This document shows positions 43,293-52,046 of a stretch of 64,000 nucleotides of DNA, piece after piece. The translations under genes and the position numbers were made by a program. Position 1 is the first letter of the stretch; each line of letters starts with the position of its first letter. The stretch is from Thermanaerothrix sp. Its GTDB lineage: Bacteria > Synergistota > Synergistia > Synergistales > Synergistaceae. The notes below the pieces were generated by a model. The model saw only the letters and a list, made by a program, of their open reading frames with translations, did no database searches and was not told the origin of the DNA. The DNA is taken from assembly GCA_026417795.1 (NCBI GenBank), contig JAOACP010000002.1, positions 1,331 through 65,330 on the forward strand, written 5' to 3'.

Positions 43293-44408
43293 TTAACTTT
43301 TTTTCAGAAGCATCATTATTATGCGATGAGTATCATCCGCCCTAATAGCCCAGGAATGCTTCGTCTCTATCAGCAAACGTCCAGCTCGAGACATCCTATC
43401 CCTTTCTGAGGGGTTTTCGTAAATGTACGCAACCGCCTTGGCCAGAGCATCAGGATCTTCTGGTGGTATGACCAACCCGCAATCACCCTCCCGAATCAAA
43501 TCGGCTTGTCCAGATATATCGCTAACTATCATAGGGGTACCACAGGCCAAAGATTCAAATAGCTTAATAGGCGACAAACCAGTTGAAACCAAGGCGGCAT
43601 CCCTCGTTTTTACACACAAGCTAACCACTGCTCCGGCCACTAAGCCGGGAATATCCCTATAAGAGACTCTTCCCAAGTACAGGACCCTCTGATAAACCTG
43701 TGAGGCCATTTTCACTTTATGTCCTTCCACCCCCTCCCCGGCAACCAAAAGGCTTACCTCTTGAGGCCAATAGGGACTTTTGACCGCTTCAAGCATCGTA
43801 TCAACGCCCTGCCATCTAGCAAGAGCTCCGAAGAAAACGGCGTAAAACCTGGGCAAAAAATCACTAAAAGCACTTGGGTTCACAACTGCGGATGGGGAAA
43901 AAAACTCCGTGTCAGCCCCATTAGGGATAAGGAAGACCAACTCATTAACAGACTGGCTTTTCAGCCAATCAACAAGACCCTTGGTAACTGTTACCAAAGC
44001 ATCGCTGTGTCTCCATTGGCTTCGCCACAACCAAACAAACATCCAAGAAAACCTTCTGGTAAATGGCCAAGCTAGAAACAGGTCCTCATAGGGGCCGTTA
44101 ACCTCACTAACCACCACAACACCCAGCGCTTTTGCAAGCATCACCGATGGCCAGGAAAAAGGATGCGATCTTACATACAAAACATCTGGCTTCCCATTCT
44201 TCAGGAAACTCCAAGCCATACTCACCTGGACCGCAAGAAACTTCCAAAGCCTCACGGCCAAGCCTGGTTTATCCACACCAGCATAGTAAGGCTCAAACAG
44301 TTTAACATCCCAACCGTTTCTCCTTAAGCCCTTTATTATTTCATGAACATGCACATAAGACGCCTGTCCCTCCCTGGACCCCTCAAGGGTCAGATAGGCC
44401 AACCGCAT
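43293..44408 (-). CDS. GT4-family glycosyltransferase
   Basis: GT-B pattern; C-terminal GLSPIKLFESLACGTPMIVSD (EX7E-like). Confidence 0.8.
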   Translation of the reverse strand: MRLAYLTLEGSREGQASYVHVHEIIKGLRRNGWDVKLFEPYYAGVDKPGLAVRLWKFLAVQVSMAWSFLKNGKPDVLYVRSHPFSWPSVMLAKALGVVVVSEVNGPYEDLFLAWPFTRRFSWMFVWLWRSQWRHSDALVTVTKGLVDWLKSQSVNELVFLIPNGADTEFFSPSAVVNPSAFSDFLPRFYAVFFGALARWQGVDTMLEAVKSPYWPQEVSLLVAGEGVEGHKVKMASQVYQRVLYLGRVSYRDIPGLVAGAVVSLCVKTRDAALVSTGLSPIKLFESLACGTPMIVSDISGQADLIREGDCGLVIPPEDPDALAKAVAYIYENPSERDRMSRAGRLLIETKHSWAIRADDTHRIIMMLLKKS

Positions 44409-44535
44409 TAAATACCACCCTTCACAAAGCAGACTTAAAAAGCCTGCTGTTATTCATTAGCAAAGAGGTTGCGTTTATGCTATTATAAGAGAAATTATAG
44501 CAAACAAAAACACAATCGATAGGGGATTTACCGCA

Positions 44536-45624
44536 ATGAAAAGAAAGATTGTTTCTCTCGTCGGGGCAAGGCCCCAGTTCATAAAGGAAGCTGTAGTATC
44601 TGCAGAAGTCAGAAAAAGAAACCTCTGGAATCACATTGTTGTCCACTCGGGGCAGCATTACGATGCCAACATGTCGGACATATTCTTCTCCGAGCTTGAG
44701 ATACCGTCTCCCCATTACTTTTTAGGAGCAACGCCGGGTTCCCACGGCAAACAAACAGCAGAAGTACTTGAAAAATTCGAGAGCGTCCTAGTTAAGGAAA
44801 AACCGGACATGGTTATGGTATATGGAGATACCAATACCACGGTTGCAGGCGCCCTGGCGGCGGCCAAGCTCAAGATACCAGTGGCACACGTGGAGGCCGG
44901 CATACGCCAAAAACCCAAAGACATGCCTGAGGAGATAAACAGGGTTCTCACCGATCACATCTCTACGCTTCTTTTTTGTTGCTCAAACCTTGGGGTTCAA
45001 AACCTCCTAAAAGAAGGAATCTCCGATGGCGTGGCATTGGTAGGAGATATCATGTACGACCTTTTTCTAATGATGCGCCATCGCTTTAATCCAGAAGAAA
45101 CCACAAGACGCTTCGGAATCCGCCACGGGGATCCGTTTATCATAGCAACCATCCACCGAGATTTTAACACCGACAATCCCGATAACCTCACCGCAATATT
45201 GAAAGGACTAAACATGATACATAGGGAGTTGGGCTTGGCCGTCCTATTACCTATGCATCCCAGAACCAGGTCCAGAGTAAACCAATTTGGCCTCCAGCCA
45301 TATACAGAAGATCTTCTGGTAACAGATCCAGTCGGCTACATTGACTTAATGTCCCTAACAATGGCATGCACTGCGGTGGTAACTGACAGCGGAGGCTACC
45401 AAAAGGAAGCCTACTACGCAGGCAAGAGAGCAGTGGTAATAATGCCTGACACTGGATGGAGAGAGCTTGTAGAATCGGGGTGGAACGAGCTTTGCCCTAC
45501 CGACCCCGAGGCGCTATTGGATAAAATATCTAAAATTAACAATAACCCTCTATATCCTAAGGGGCTCCTTGGGGAAGGCAACGCCACGCATAAAATACTA
45601 GACCACCTCAAGCTAAATGCCTAA
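44536..45624 (+). CDS. wecB: Non-hydrolysing UDP-N-acetylglucosamine(uronate) 2-epimerase (WecB/WbpI-like)
   Basis: VGARPQFIK, HSGQHYD, VYGDTNT, HVEAGIR, TDSGGYQKEA. Confidence 0.88.
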   Translation: MKRKIVSLVGARPQFIKEAVVSAEVRKRNLWNHIVVHSGQHYDANMSDIFFSELEIPSPHYFLGATPGSHGKQTAEVLEKFESVLVKEKPDMVMVYGDTNTTVAGALAAAKLKIPVAHVEAGIRQKPKDMPEEINRVLTDHISTLLFCCSNLGVQNLLKEGISDGVALVGDIMYDLFLMMRHRFNPEETTRRFGIRHGDPFIIATIHRDFNTDNPDNLTAILKGLNMIHRELGLAVLLPMHPRTRSRVNQFGLQPYTEDLLVTDPVGYIDLMSLTMACTAVVTDSGGYQKEAYYAGKRAVVIMPDTGWRELVESGWNELCPTDPEALLDKISKINNNPLYPKGLLGEGNATHKILDHLKLNA

Positions 45625-45688
45625 AATTATCTACTAAACAGCTCTTTTAATTAACCCCCTAGACTAAAAACCAACAGGAGGACAACAA

Positions 45689-46810
45689 ATGACCACCAAA
45701 TATCAAGTATGCAAACGCTGCATAATGGACACAACAGACCCAGAAATAGTGTTCGATGATAACGGCTATTGCAACCACTGCAATAATTTTTTTAAAAATA
45801 TAAAGAATATCAAGTGGATTCCAAATCATCAAGGCATGCAGGAGTTAAATAAAATAATAGATAGAATAAAATCTGATTGCAAGAATAAACAGTATGACGG
45901 GATAATTGGACTAAGTGGAGGGGTAGATAGCTCTTATTTGCTATGTAAGCTCAGAGAATGGGGATTAAATCCTCTTGCGGTTCACGTAGATGCGGGCTGG
46001 AATTCAGAGCTAGCCGTAAAAAATATAGAATTGTTGTGTAAAAATCTAGGTGTAGATTTAGACACAATAGTAATTAATTGGGATGCCATGAGAAGAGTAC
46101 AGGTGGCTTTTCTAAAATCTGGCATCCCTAATCAGGATATACCCCAAGATCATGCCTTTTTTGCCTCGCTATACCACTACGCTGTAAAACATAGATTGCT
46201 TTATGTCTTCAGTGGATCTAATTATGCTACCGAGAGCATACTACCAAAAGCTTGGGGATATGATGCTATGGATTCAAAATATTTGAAGGCCATAGTACAA
46301 AGATTCGGAGATGGCAATCTTAGTGGCTTCCCCTTGATTAGCTTCTATCAACTTCACTTCTATTATCCTTATATTATTGGCATGAAGATAATTAGACCCC
46401 TTAACTACATTCCATATAAAAAGAAGGACGCTATAGCAGAATTACAAAAATATGGCTGGAGCTATTATGGCGCTAAGCATTGGGAGTCTAGATTTACAAA
46501 GTTCTTCCAAGGCTACTATCTACCAACTAGGTATGGATATGACAAGAGGAAGGCACATCTTTCAAGCCTTATAGTTTCTGGAGAAATAACAAGAGAAGAA
46601 GCGCTGGTGGAAATTTCAAAACCCCCGTATCCAGTGGAAGATGTTGAAAGAGACATAGAATACCTAACAAAGAAACTTAAAATATCTAGAGCTGAATTCG
46701 AAGAAATGCTATACCTACCCAAGGATATTCACCCAAAAATTCCATCTAACGAAAATCTAAAAAAAATCTGCTTAGATATAAAAAAAATGATCGATAGTAT
46801 CGCTAAGTAG
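45689..46810 (+). CDS. wbpG: N-acetyl-sugar amidotransferase (WbpG/PP-loop family)
   Basis: N-terminal Cys4 ribbon (CKRCIMDTTDP...GYCNHC), PP-loop GLSGGVDSS. Adjacent to hisH/hisF paralogues. Confidence 0.85.
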   Translation: MTTKYQVCKRCIMDTTDPEIVFDDNGYCNHCNNFFKNIKNIKWIPNHQGMQELNKIIDRIKSDCKNKQYDGIIGLSGGVDSSYLLCKLREWGLNPLAVHVDAGWNSELAVKNIELLCKNLGVDLDTIVINWDAMRRVQVAFLKSGIPNQDIPQDHAFFASLYHYAVKHRLLYVFSGSNYATESILPKAWGYDAMDSKYLKAIVQRFGDGNLSGFPLISFYQLHFYYPYIIGMKIIRPLNYIPYKKKDAIAELQKYGWSYYGAKHWESRFTKFFQGYYLPTRYGYDKRKAHLSSLIVSGEITREEALVEISKPPYPVEDVERDIEYLTKKLKISRAEFEEMLYLPKDIHPKIPSNENLKKICLDIKKMIDSIAK

Positions 46811-46822
46811 GGTCATACAAAA

Positions 46823-46862
46823 AACGGAGCGTGGTGGTAACAAATCCCCTCTCTCCGTTTTT
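46823..46862. terminator. Weak candidate bidirectional terminator between wbpG and the hisF2-like gene
   Basis: AACGGAG (46823-46829) / CTCCGTT (46853-46859), flanked by an A-run and a T-run. The loop is long (23 nt), so confidence is low. Confidence 0.3.
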
Positions 46863-46912
46863 GCACTATTTGTATGTAAAAATAGAATCTATCTCATCGT
46901 GTGTAGGATAAG

Positions 46913-47629
46913 TTATAAGAACTGCCCTATGAGGTCCATGAAAAAAAAAAACCCCCCCGCCGCTACGGCACTGGCCCCAGCTTCAATCGCAGAACGCATA
47001 TGCAATAGACTGCCGGCTCCACCCATCGCTATCAGCGGAACTGGTAATTTACCGGCAATCTCTCGGATCAAGTCACAATCCACGCCTTCCATGGTACCGT
47101 CCCTATCCACCGAGTTGAGCAAAACCTCTCCTGCGCCAAGATTCACACATCGCCAAAGGAATTCTTCCAGCGGTAAATCCAAAGCCTTATCCCTACTAGA
47201 AAAATAAAGCTTCTTCTTCCCCAACCAACTCTTCTTAACATCAGCGGAAATCACCACCGCTTGGCTGCCGTAGTGATCCGCAATCTTTCGTATTAGTTCA
47301 GGCGACTCCAATGCCGCAGATTGCAGGGACACTTTCTCAACTCCCAAAGAAAACAACCTGCTCGCCTGCTCAAAGGTCTTTATACCCCCTCCATAACATA
47401 GAGGCATAAAACACTCGCCTGCTATCTGTTCTATGAGCTCAAAATCAGGAGGCCTGTTCTGCCGTGATGCCTCTATATCCAACAAAATCAGCTCATCAAC
47501 TTCCTTTTCATTAAATATCCTTATCACATTGATGGGATCTCCAACATATCTAGGACTGGAAAACCTGGTAGTCTTAACCAATCCCCCTCCTGAAAGCAAA
47601 AGACAAGGTATAATACGATGTCTCAGCAT
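46913..47629 (-). CDS. hisF2: HisF-paralogue (imidazole glycerol phosphate synthase cyclase-like, polysaccharide-locus type); C-terminus apparently frameshifted
   Basis: MLRHRIIPCLLLSGGGLVKT, DELILLDI, GGGI, SAD, GAGEVLLNSVDRDGT, GGAG. The frame ends ...AAGGFFFFMDLIGQFL*. A +1 T in the T11 run gives ...FFFFHGPHRAVLITYPTHDEIDSIFTYK* ending at 46866. Confidence 0.8.
   Translation of the reverse strand: MLRHRIIPCLLLSGGGLVKTTRFSSPRYVGDPINVIRIFNEKEVDELILLDIEASRQNRPPDFELIEQIAGECFMPLCYGGGIKTFEQASRLFSLGVEKVSLQSAALESPELIRKIADHYGSQAVVISADVKKSWLGKKKLYFSSRDKALDLPLEEFLWRCVNLGAGEVLLNSVDRDGTMEGVDCDLIREIAGKLPVPLIAMGGAGSLLHMRSAIEAGASAVAAGGFFFFMDLIGQFL
46941..46958. repeat. Homopolymer tract A11 followed by C7 (T11/G7 in coding sense) inside the hisF2-like gene
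   Basis: Direct count: A at 46941-46951, C at 46952-46958. Confidence 0.95.
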
Positions 47630-47633
47630 ACTA

Positions 47634-48248
47634 TCACATCTCCACAAAACGCTTTATCAATGCCATGCCGTATTTATGGCTCTTCTCCGGATGGAACTGA
47701 ACGCCAAAGATATTGTCGTGCTCAAACGCCGCTACAAAATCATAGCCATACTCACAAGTGGCAACCACATCCGATGCGTCGTCACACATCACATGGTAAG
47801 AATGAACAAAGTAAAAACGCTGTCTTTCTTCTGGCTTTATCAATCTATTTTCCCTTTTGATAGATAGCGAATTCCAGCCCATATGGGGGACTTTTAAGCT
47901 AACCCCTTCCGGGAAACGAAACCTTACCACCTCAGCATTTATCCAGCCCAACCCCGGCAAGCTTCCTTCCTCGCTTCTCTTAGCCATGAGCTGCATACCA
48001 AGGCATATTCCAAGGATAGGCACCCCTCGCTCTAAAACAGAATAACAAAGGGCATCCAAAAGGCCAGAGTCCCTAAGAGATTTCATACCAACATCAAAAG
48101 CTCCAACCCCTGGGAGTAGAAGTTTTTCCGCCCTTGCTATTTCATTCGGGCTAGAAGATACGTTACAATCTACACCAATATATCGCATCATATTTACGAT
48201 AGAGTTAATATTTCCAAACGAACACGATACTATCGCTATATTAATCAT
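47634..48248 (-). CDS. hisH2: HisH-paralogue glutamine amidotransferase (polysaccharide-locus type)
   Basis: LPGVGAF, catalytic GICLGMQL, YFVHSY, VQFHPEKS. Confidence 0.88.
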   Translation of the reverse strand: MINIAIVSCSFGNINSIVNMMRYIGVDCNVSSSPNEIARAEKLLLPGVGAFDVGMKSLRDSGLLDALCYSVLERGVPILGICLGMQLMAKRSEEGSLPGLGWINAEVVRFRFPEGVSLKVPHMGWNSLSIKRENRLIKPEERQRFYFVHSYHVMCDDASDVVATCEYGYDFVAAFEHDNIFGVQFHPEKSHKYGMALIKRFVEM

Positions 48249-48391
48249 ATCATCACCATTAATAAATAAACTCTCCAGTTTTTTGAAATCCCAAAACTAA
48301 CCGGGCTATATTCTCTATATTCCCCTGCGCACCACAACTAAGAACAAAAACAACACACAACCGCAATATTAAAACAAACATTTTAGAGCTT

Positions 48392-49579
48392 TTATAACAC
48401 ACTGACAGGGTTAAGACAATCATACATATTAATAAAACCCCTAACAACATCATTCCAGTTATTAATTTTAAGTATTATATTTTTATTTACCTTAGACTTT
48501 TCGCGCAAGTAATCTATATTTTCTAGAACATATAACAACTTGTCGCGCAACAAACCATCCTCAAGGCGATCCAATACTTCGTAATAAGCGCCGAGTTTTC
48601 TTAGCTCACTATAATCAAGCCAAGCTCCGTTAATTACAACATTACCAGCATATAAATTCTCTTGCATTGATGCCGACAATACATCCGTGTTCAGTAGATT
48701 TATAGTTATGTTGGTTCTTTTTCTCAAAACAGCTATTTCTTGCAACGACATAACTTTCTTCTCTATATAATACCTTATTCCACGTTGACCCAGGACATCG
48801 GAGCATTTTTCTATTATTTTATCTCGATAACCAGAGTCACCATATCCCATCGGCAAAAACAAGAAGAACTTACATGCGATATAATTCGGCAGTTTAGCCA
48901 CCTCTTCTATTATGTAAGAGTGATTATCGTTACTAGAAGATGAATGCCCTATGGTTATAACTATATCGGTGGCATCAACCAAATGCTTGTCATTAAATTC
49001 ATCTATATCGCTCTTTTTTACTCTATCTATTATAGCAAAGTCCATAATCGAAGCAAATCTAGTTATAAATAGTTTCCTTTTGTCTCCAAAGAGTTCAACA
49101 CATCTTTTTATCATCTTTTCTCTCGCTAAACTAACTGCCAAAGCTCTTCCCACTAGAGCCCTACACATAGCAGCTTTGATGCCATTAATTTGATACAAAT
49201 CAGAACCCCAAAAAGTTAGAATATAATCGCCAATAAACGGCAAAAAAAACCAGTATATCGGACTTACACCTTGAAAATGAATAAAATCATAGCGGTTTTT
49301 ATTTTTAAAAAGAAAACCTCCAACCATCAATATAGCAGATAACAACCCAGTTACTCGTGGAGCTGTCCCCTCTATCAACTTATCTTCTCTAAAACAAATA
49401 AATAAACCCCTATACGGGTCATACCAATCAATTAAATACCTATTTTTTCTTGAATTAGCTAAATAAATAAATTTACCAATATAACTATCATCGGTTCTGA
49501 TGTCAGATCCAATCAACAATATTCTTTTGATATATTTGTCTTTTTTGTTACGCCCAAAACTTGTCCATTTGATCATCAT
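48392..49579 (-). CDS. Putative glycosyltransferase, WecF/GT56-like
   Basis: IGHSSSSNDNHSYIIEEV and LPMGYGD resemble the GNSGD-SNNH and PMGYP motifs I recall from WecF. The family call is tentative. AT-rich gene. Confidence 0.45.
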   Translation of the reverse strand: MMIKWTSFGRNKKDKYIKRILLIGSDIRTDDSYIGKFIYLANSRKNRYLIDWYDPYRGLFICFREDKLIEGTAPRVTGLLSAILMVGGFLFKNKNRYDFIHFQGVSPIYWFFLPFIGDYILTFWGSDLYQINGIKAAMCRALVGRALAVSLAREKMIKRCVELFGDKRKLFITRFASIMDFAIIDRVKKSDIDEFNDKHLVDATDIVITIGHSSSSNDNHSYIIEEVAKLPNYIACKFFLFLPMGYGDSGYRDKIIEKCSDVLGQRGIRYYIEKKVMSLQEIAVLRKRTNITINLLNTDVLSASMQENLYAGNVVINGAWLDYSELRKLGAYYEVLDRLEDGLLRDKLLYVLENIDYLREKSKVNKNIILKINNWNDVVRGFINMYDCLNPVSVL

Positions 49580-49585
49580 GGTTCA

Positions 49586-49594
49586 CCCCCCCCC
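49586..49594. repeat. C9 (G9 on the coding strand) homopolymer 6 nt upstream of the GT56-like start codon
   Basis: Direct count: C at 49586-49594. The coding strand reads GGGGGGGGG-TGAACC-ATG. Confidence 0.95.
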
Positions 49595-49655
49595 ACAATA
49601 CAACACATAGCCAAAGATATTCTGACACCAAACAAAACATCAAAACAAAACATAT

Positions 49656-50672
49656 CTACCATGTACTCCAAACAAAACTATAAACTCTTTGTATTATCTC
49701 CACCGTCTTCCTGCCCTCACGTCCTGTCACCATTGGCTCCGCCTTGCCATCCAGGACATCCAAAACATGACGATAAAAGGGTAGATGGCCGTAACCATAA
49801 ACGCTGGGCGGATCCGTATCAGCACAGTGTACTTCTTCATCCATGGGATCGGGACATTCAAACTCCCAATGCTCTATCCTGTTTAAAGCAACCCCGCCTA
49901 TCTTCACGGTGCCACGCTCCCCAATCACCGTTAAACTGCCCTCCAGGTTCTTGGGATATGTCAAAGTAGTAACGTTCAAACTGCCAAGGGCGCCGCTGCG
50001 ATAACGAAGGTTCACCACAATGGTATCCTCCGCCTCTATTCGCCTGCCCAGCGTGGCGCTAAACGCCTGAACCGACTCCACCGACCCGCCTATCCACTGC
50101 ATAAGGTCCACGTAATGGGAAGCCTGGTTGCTCAAAGCCCCTCCATCGAACTCCCAAGTGCCGCGCCACTTAGCCTGGTCATAGTAGCTTTGGGGACGGG
50201 TCCAAAACACGTTTGACGATATCATATATATCCTGCCAAAGCGCCCCCCCTCAAGGGCTCTCCGCAAAAGCTCCACCGGTTTGTTAAAACGGTTCTGCTT
50301 CACCACAAAATACATAACCCCAGCCTCGTCGCAAGCTCTTATGGCCCTGTCTACCGCATCAAGGCTCGTCCCAGCTGGCTTTTCTGACAAAGCATGGCAT
50401 CCGTGCCGAGCCGCCGCTTCCACATGGGCCGGATGAAGCCCCGATGGAGTGCATATGCTCAGCACATCGCAGCCTACAGCTTCCAACATCTCATCGATTG
50501 ATCCAAAGGCGCCGCAACCCGCAACCTCAGCAGCGTTTTCAGCCCTGCTCCTATCAACATCGCAACAGGCCACAAGCTTGGCCCTGCCCTCTTCTTCCAA
50601 AACCCTCAAGGCCTCCACGTGCTTTCCGCTTATACGGCCACACCCCACAAGACCAAAACGGTACATCCCCAT
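49656..50672 (-). CDS. Gfo/Idh/MocA-family NAD-dependent sugar oxidoreductase (WbpB-like)
   Basis: FGLVGCGRISGKH, SEKPAG, VVKQNRFN. Start taken at ATG 50672 (MGMYRFG); the listed start 50798 overlaps the upstream gene. Confidence 0.8.
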   Translation of the reverse strand: MGMYRFGLVGCGRISGKHVEALRVLEEEGRAKLVACCDVDRSRAENAAEVAGCGAFGSIDEMLEAVGCDVLSICTPSGLHPAHVEAAARHGCHALSEKPAGTSLDAVDRAIRACDEAGVMYFVVKQNRFNKPVELLRRALEGGRFGRIYMISSNVFWTRPQSYYDQAKWRGTWEFDGGALSNQASHYVDLMQWIGGSVESVQAFSATLGRRIEAEDTIVVNLRYRSGALGSLNVTTLTYPKNLEGSLTVIGERGTVKIGGVALNRIEHWEFECPDPMDEEVHCADTDPPSVYGYGHLPFYRHVLDVLDGKAEPMVTGREGRKTVEIIQRVYSFVWSTW

Positions 50673-50697
50673 CCTCTCCCACTCCAAACCCATGCTT

Positions 50698-52005
50698 CTA
50701 CAGCACCGTAACGTTTGACGGCCTATCGGCGCCGTACACGTTCTTGCAGTCCAGCACCATGGGGACATGACAGGCCACCATCTGATAGTCCACTCCATTC
50801 CTATGCCCCGTGGCTACCACAGCGGCATCGTAAGCGGAAAGAGCCGAGGATGAAATTTCTATGGATTTTACAACATCCCCAGCAAATTTGACGGCCGGGC
50901 AATAAGGGTCGAAGTAGTCAACGATGGCCCCCTTCTTGATTAACTCCTCCCAAACCTTAAGCGAAGGCGACTCCCTCACGTCATCAATATCCCCCTTGTA
51001 GGCAACCCCAAGCAAAAGTATCCTGGATCCCTTCAAGGGCTTCGTGCGCTCGTTCAGCATGTCCTGAAGCCTTGACACCACATATCGTGGCATTTCATCG
51101 TTTATGTCCCCCGCAAGCTCGATAAGCCGGGTGTGGTAATCATAGCCCCTGGCCCTCCAGGTAAGGTAGTAGGGGTCTATGGGGATGCAGTGGCCACCCA
51201 CGCCAGCGCCAGGATAGAACGGCACGAAGCCAAATGGCTTGGTAGCCGCCGCGTCTATCACCTCCCAAACGTTGACACCCATCTTATGGCAGATAATCGC
51301 CATCTCGTTGGCCAAGGCACAGTTGACTATCCTAAAGGTATTCTCAAGGATCTTGGCCATCTCCGCTTCCTTGGGAGACGAAACCACGAATACCTCCGCG
51401 TCAAGCACCGCTTCATAAAGTGCCTTGGCATGCCTTGTGCACTCCGGAGTGCAACCCCCAACAACCTTAGGGGTGTTGCGGGTCTTAAACCGCTGGTTCC
51501 CGGGGTCCACCCGCTCAGGCGAAAAGGCAAGGTAGAAATCCTCTCCAGCCTTGTAGCCTTTAGATTCAAATATTGGCTTCAAGATCTCTTCCGTGGTGCC
51601 AGGCCAGGTGGTGGATTCAAGGACCACCAGCATATCCTCGTGCATGTACTTAGCCACCGACTCCGCCGAGGCCTTCACATATGATATGTCCGGTTGCTTG
51701 TATTGATCCAAGGGCGTTGGGACGCATATGGCCGCCACATCACACTCTGCAATACGGCCGAAGTCCGATGTGGCCATAATCCTGCCATCCTGAACCAAGC
51801 GCCTGAGATCCTCACCAACCACATCGCCTATGTAGTTCTCACCGCGATTTACCTTATCGCATTTATCCGGTTGGACATCGAATCCTATGACTTTAAAACC
51901 AGCTCGCGCCTTTTCCACCGCCAAAGGAAGCCCCACATAGCCCAAGCCTATGACGCCCACAACGGCGGAACGGGAAGTTATCTTCCCCATAAGAGACATG
52001 CCCAC
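50698..52005 (-). CDS. UDP-N-acetyl-D-hexosamine 6-dehydrogenase (WbpA/TviB/WecC family)
   Basis: VIGLGYVGLPLA, catalytic GGHCIPIDP, GVAYKGDIDDVRESP. Confidence 0.88.
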   Translation of the reverse strand: MGMSLMGKITSRSAVVGVIGLGYVGLPLAVEKARAGFKVIGFDVQPDKCDKVNRGENYIGDVVGEDLRRLVQDGRIMATSDFGRIAECDVAAICVPTPLDQYKQPDISYVKASAESVAKYMHEDMLVVLESTTWPGTTEEILKPIFESKGYKAGEDFYLAFSPERVDPGNQRFKTRNTPKVVGGCTPECTRHAKALYEAVLDAEVFVVSSPKEAEMAKILENTFRIVNCALANEMAIICHKMGVNVWEVIDAAATKPFGFVPFYPGAGVGGHCIPIDPYYLTWRARGYDYHTRLIELAGDINDEMPRYVVSRLQDMLNERTKPLKGSRILLLGVAYKGDIDDVRESPSLKVWEELIKKGAIVDYFDPYCPAVKFAGDVVKSIEISSSALSAYDAAVVATGHRNGVDYQMVACHVPMVLDCKNVYGADRPSNVTVL

Positions 52006-52046
52006 ATACCCCCATTTATTAAAAATTCATCCTAATTCAACCACAA

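Larger units (their letters stand above)
43150..49650. other. AT-rich core of the polysaccharide locus (probable horizontally acquired cassette)
   Basis: G+C is visibly much lower than in flanking DNA. Codon usage shifts to A/T-ending codons, with K/N/I/Y-rich proteins. Boundaries are approximate. Confidence 0.65.

Noticed and set aside
48259-48453. 64-aa hydrophobic ORF between the hisH2-like and GT56-like genes
   Set aside because: It overlaps the 3' end of the GT56-like gene, has no SD, and its hydrophobicity is expected from T-rich sequence. A real small membrane peptide cannot be excluded.
43150-49650. AT-rich segments (also 28235..29460) as prophage, IS or integrative element
   Set aside because: No integrase, transposase, recombinase, tRNA target or flanking direct/inverted repeats were recognised. 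The content is glycan-biosynthetic, so these are interpreted as recombinational cassette exchange or debris.
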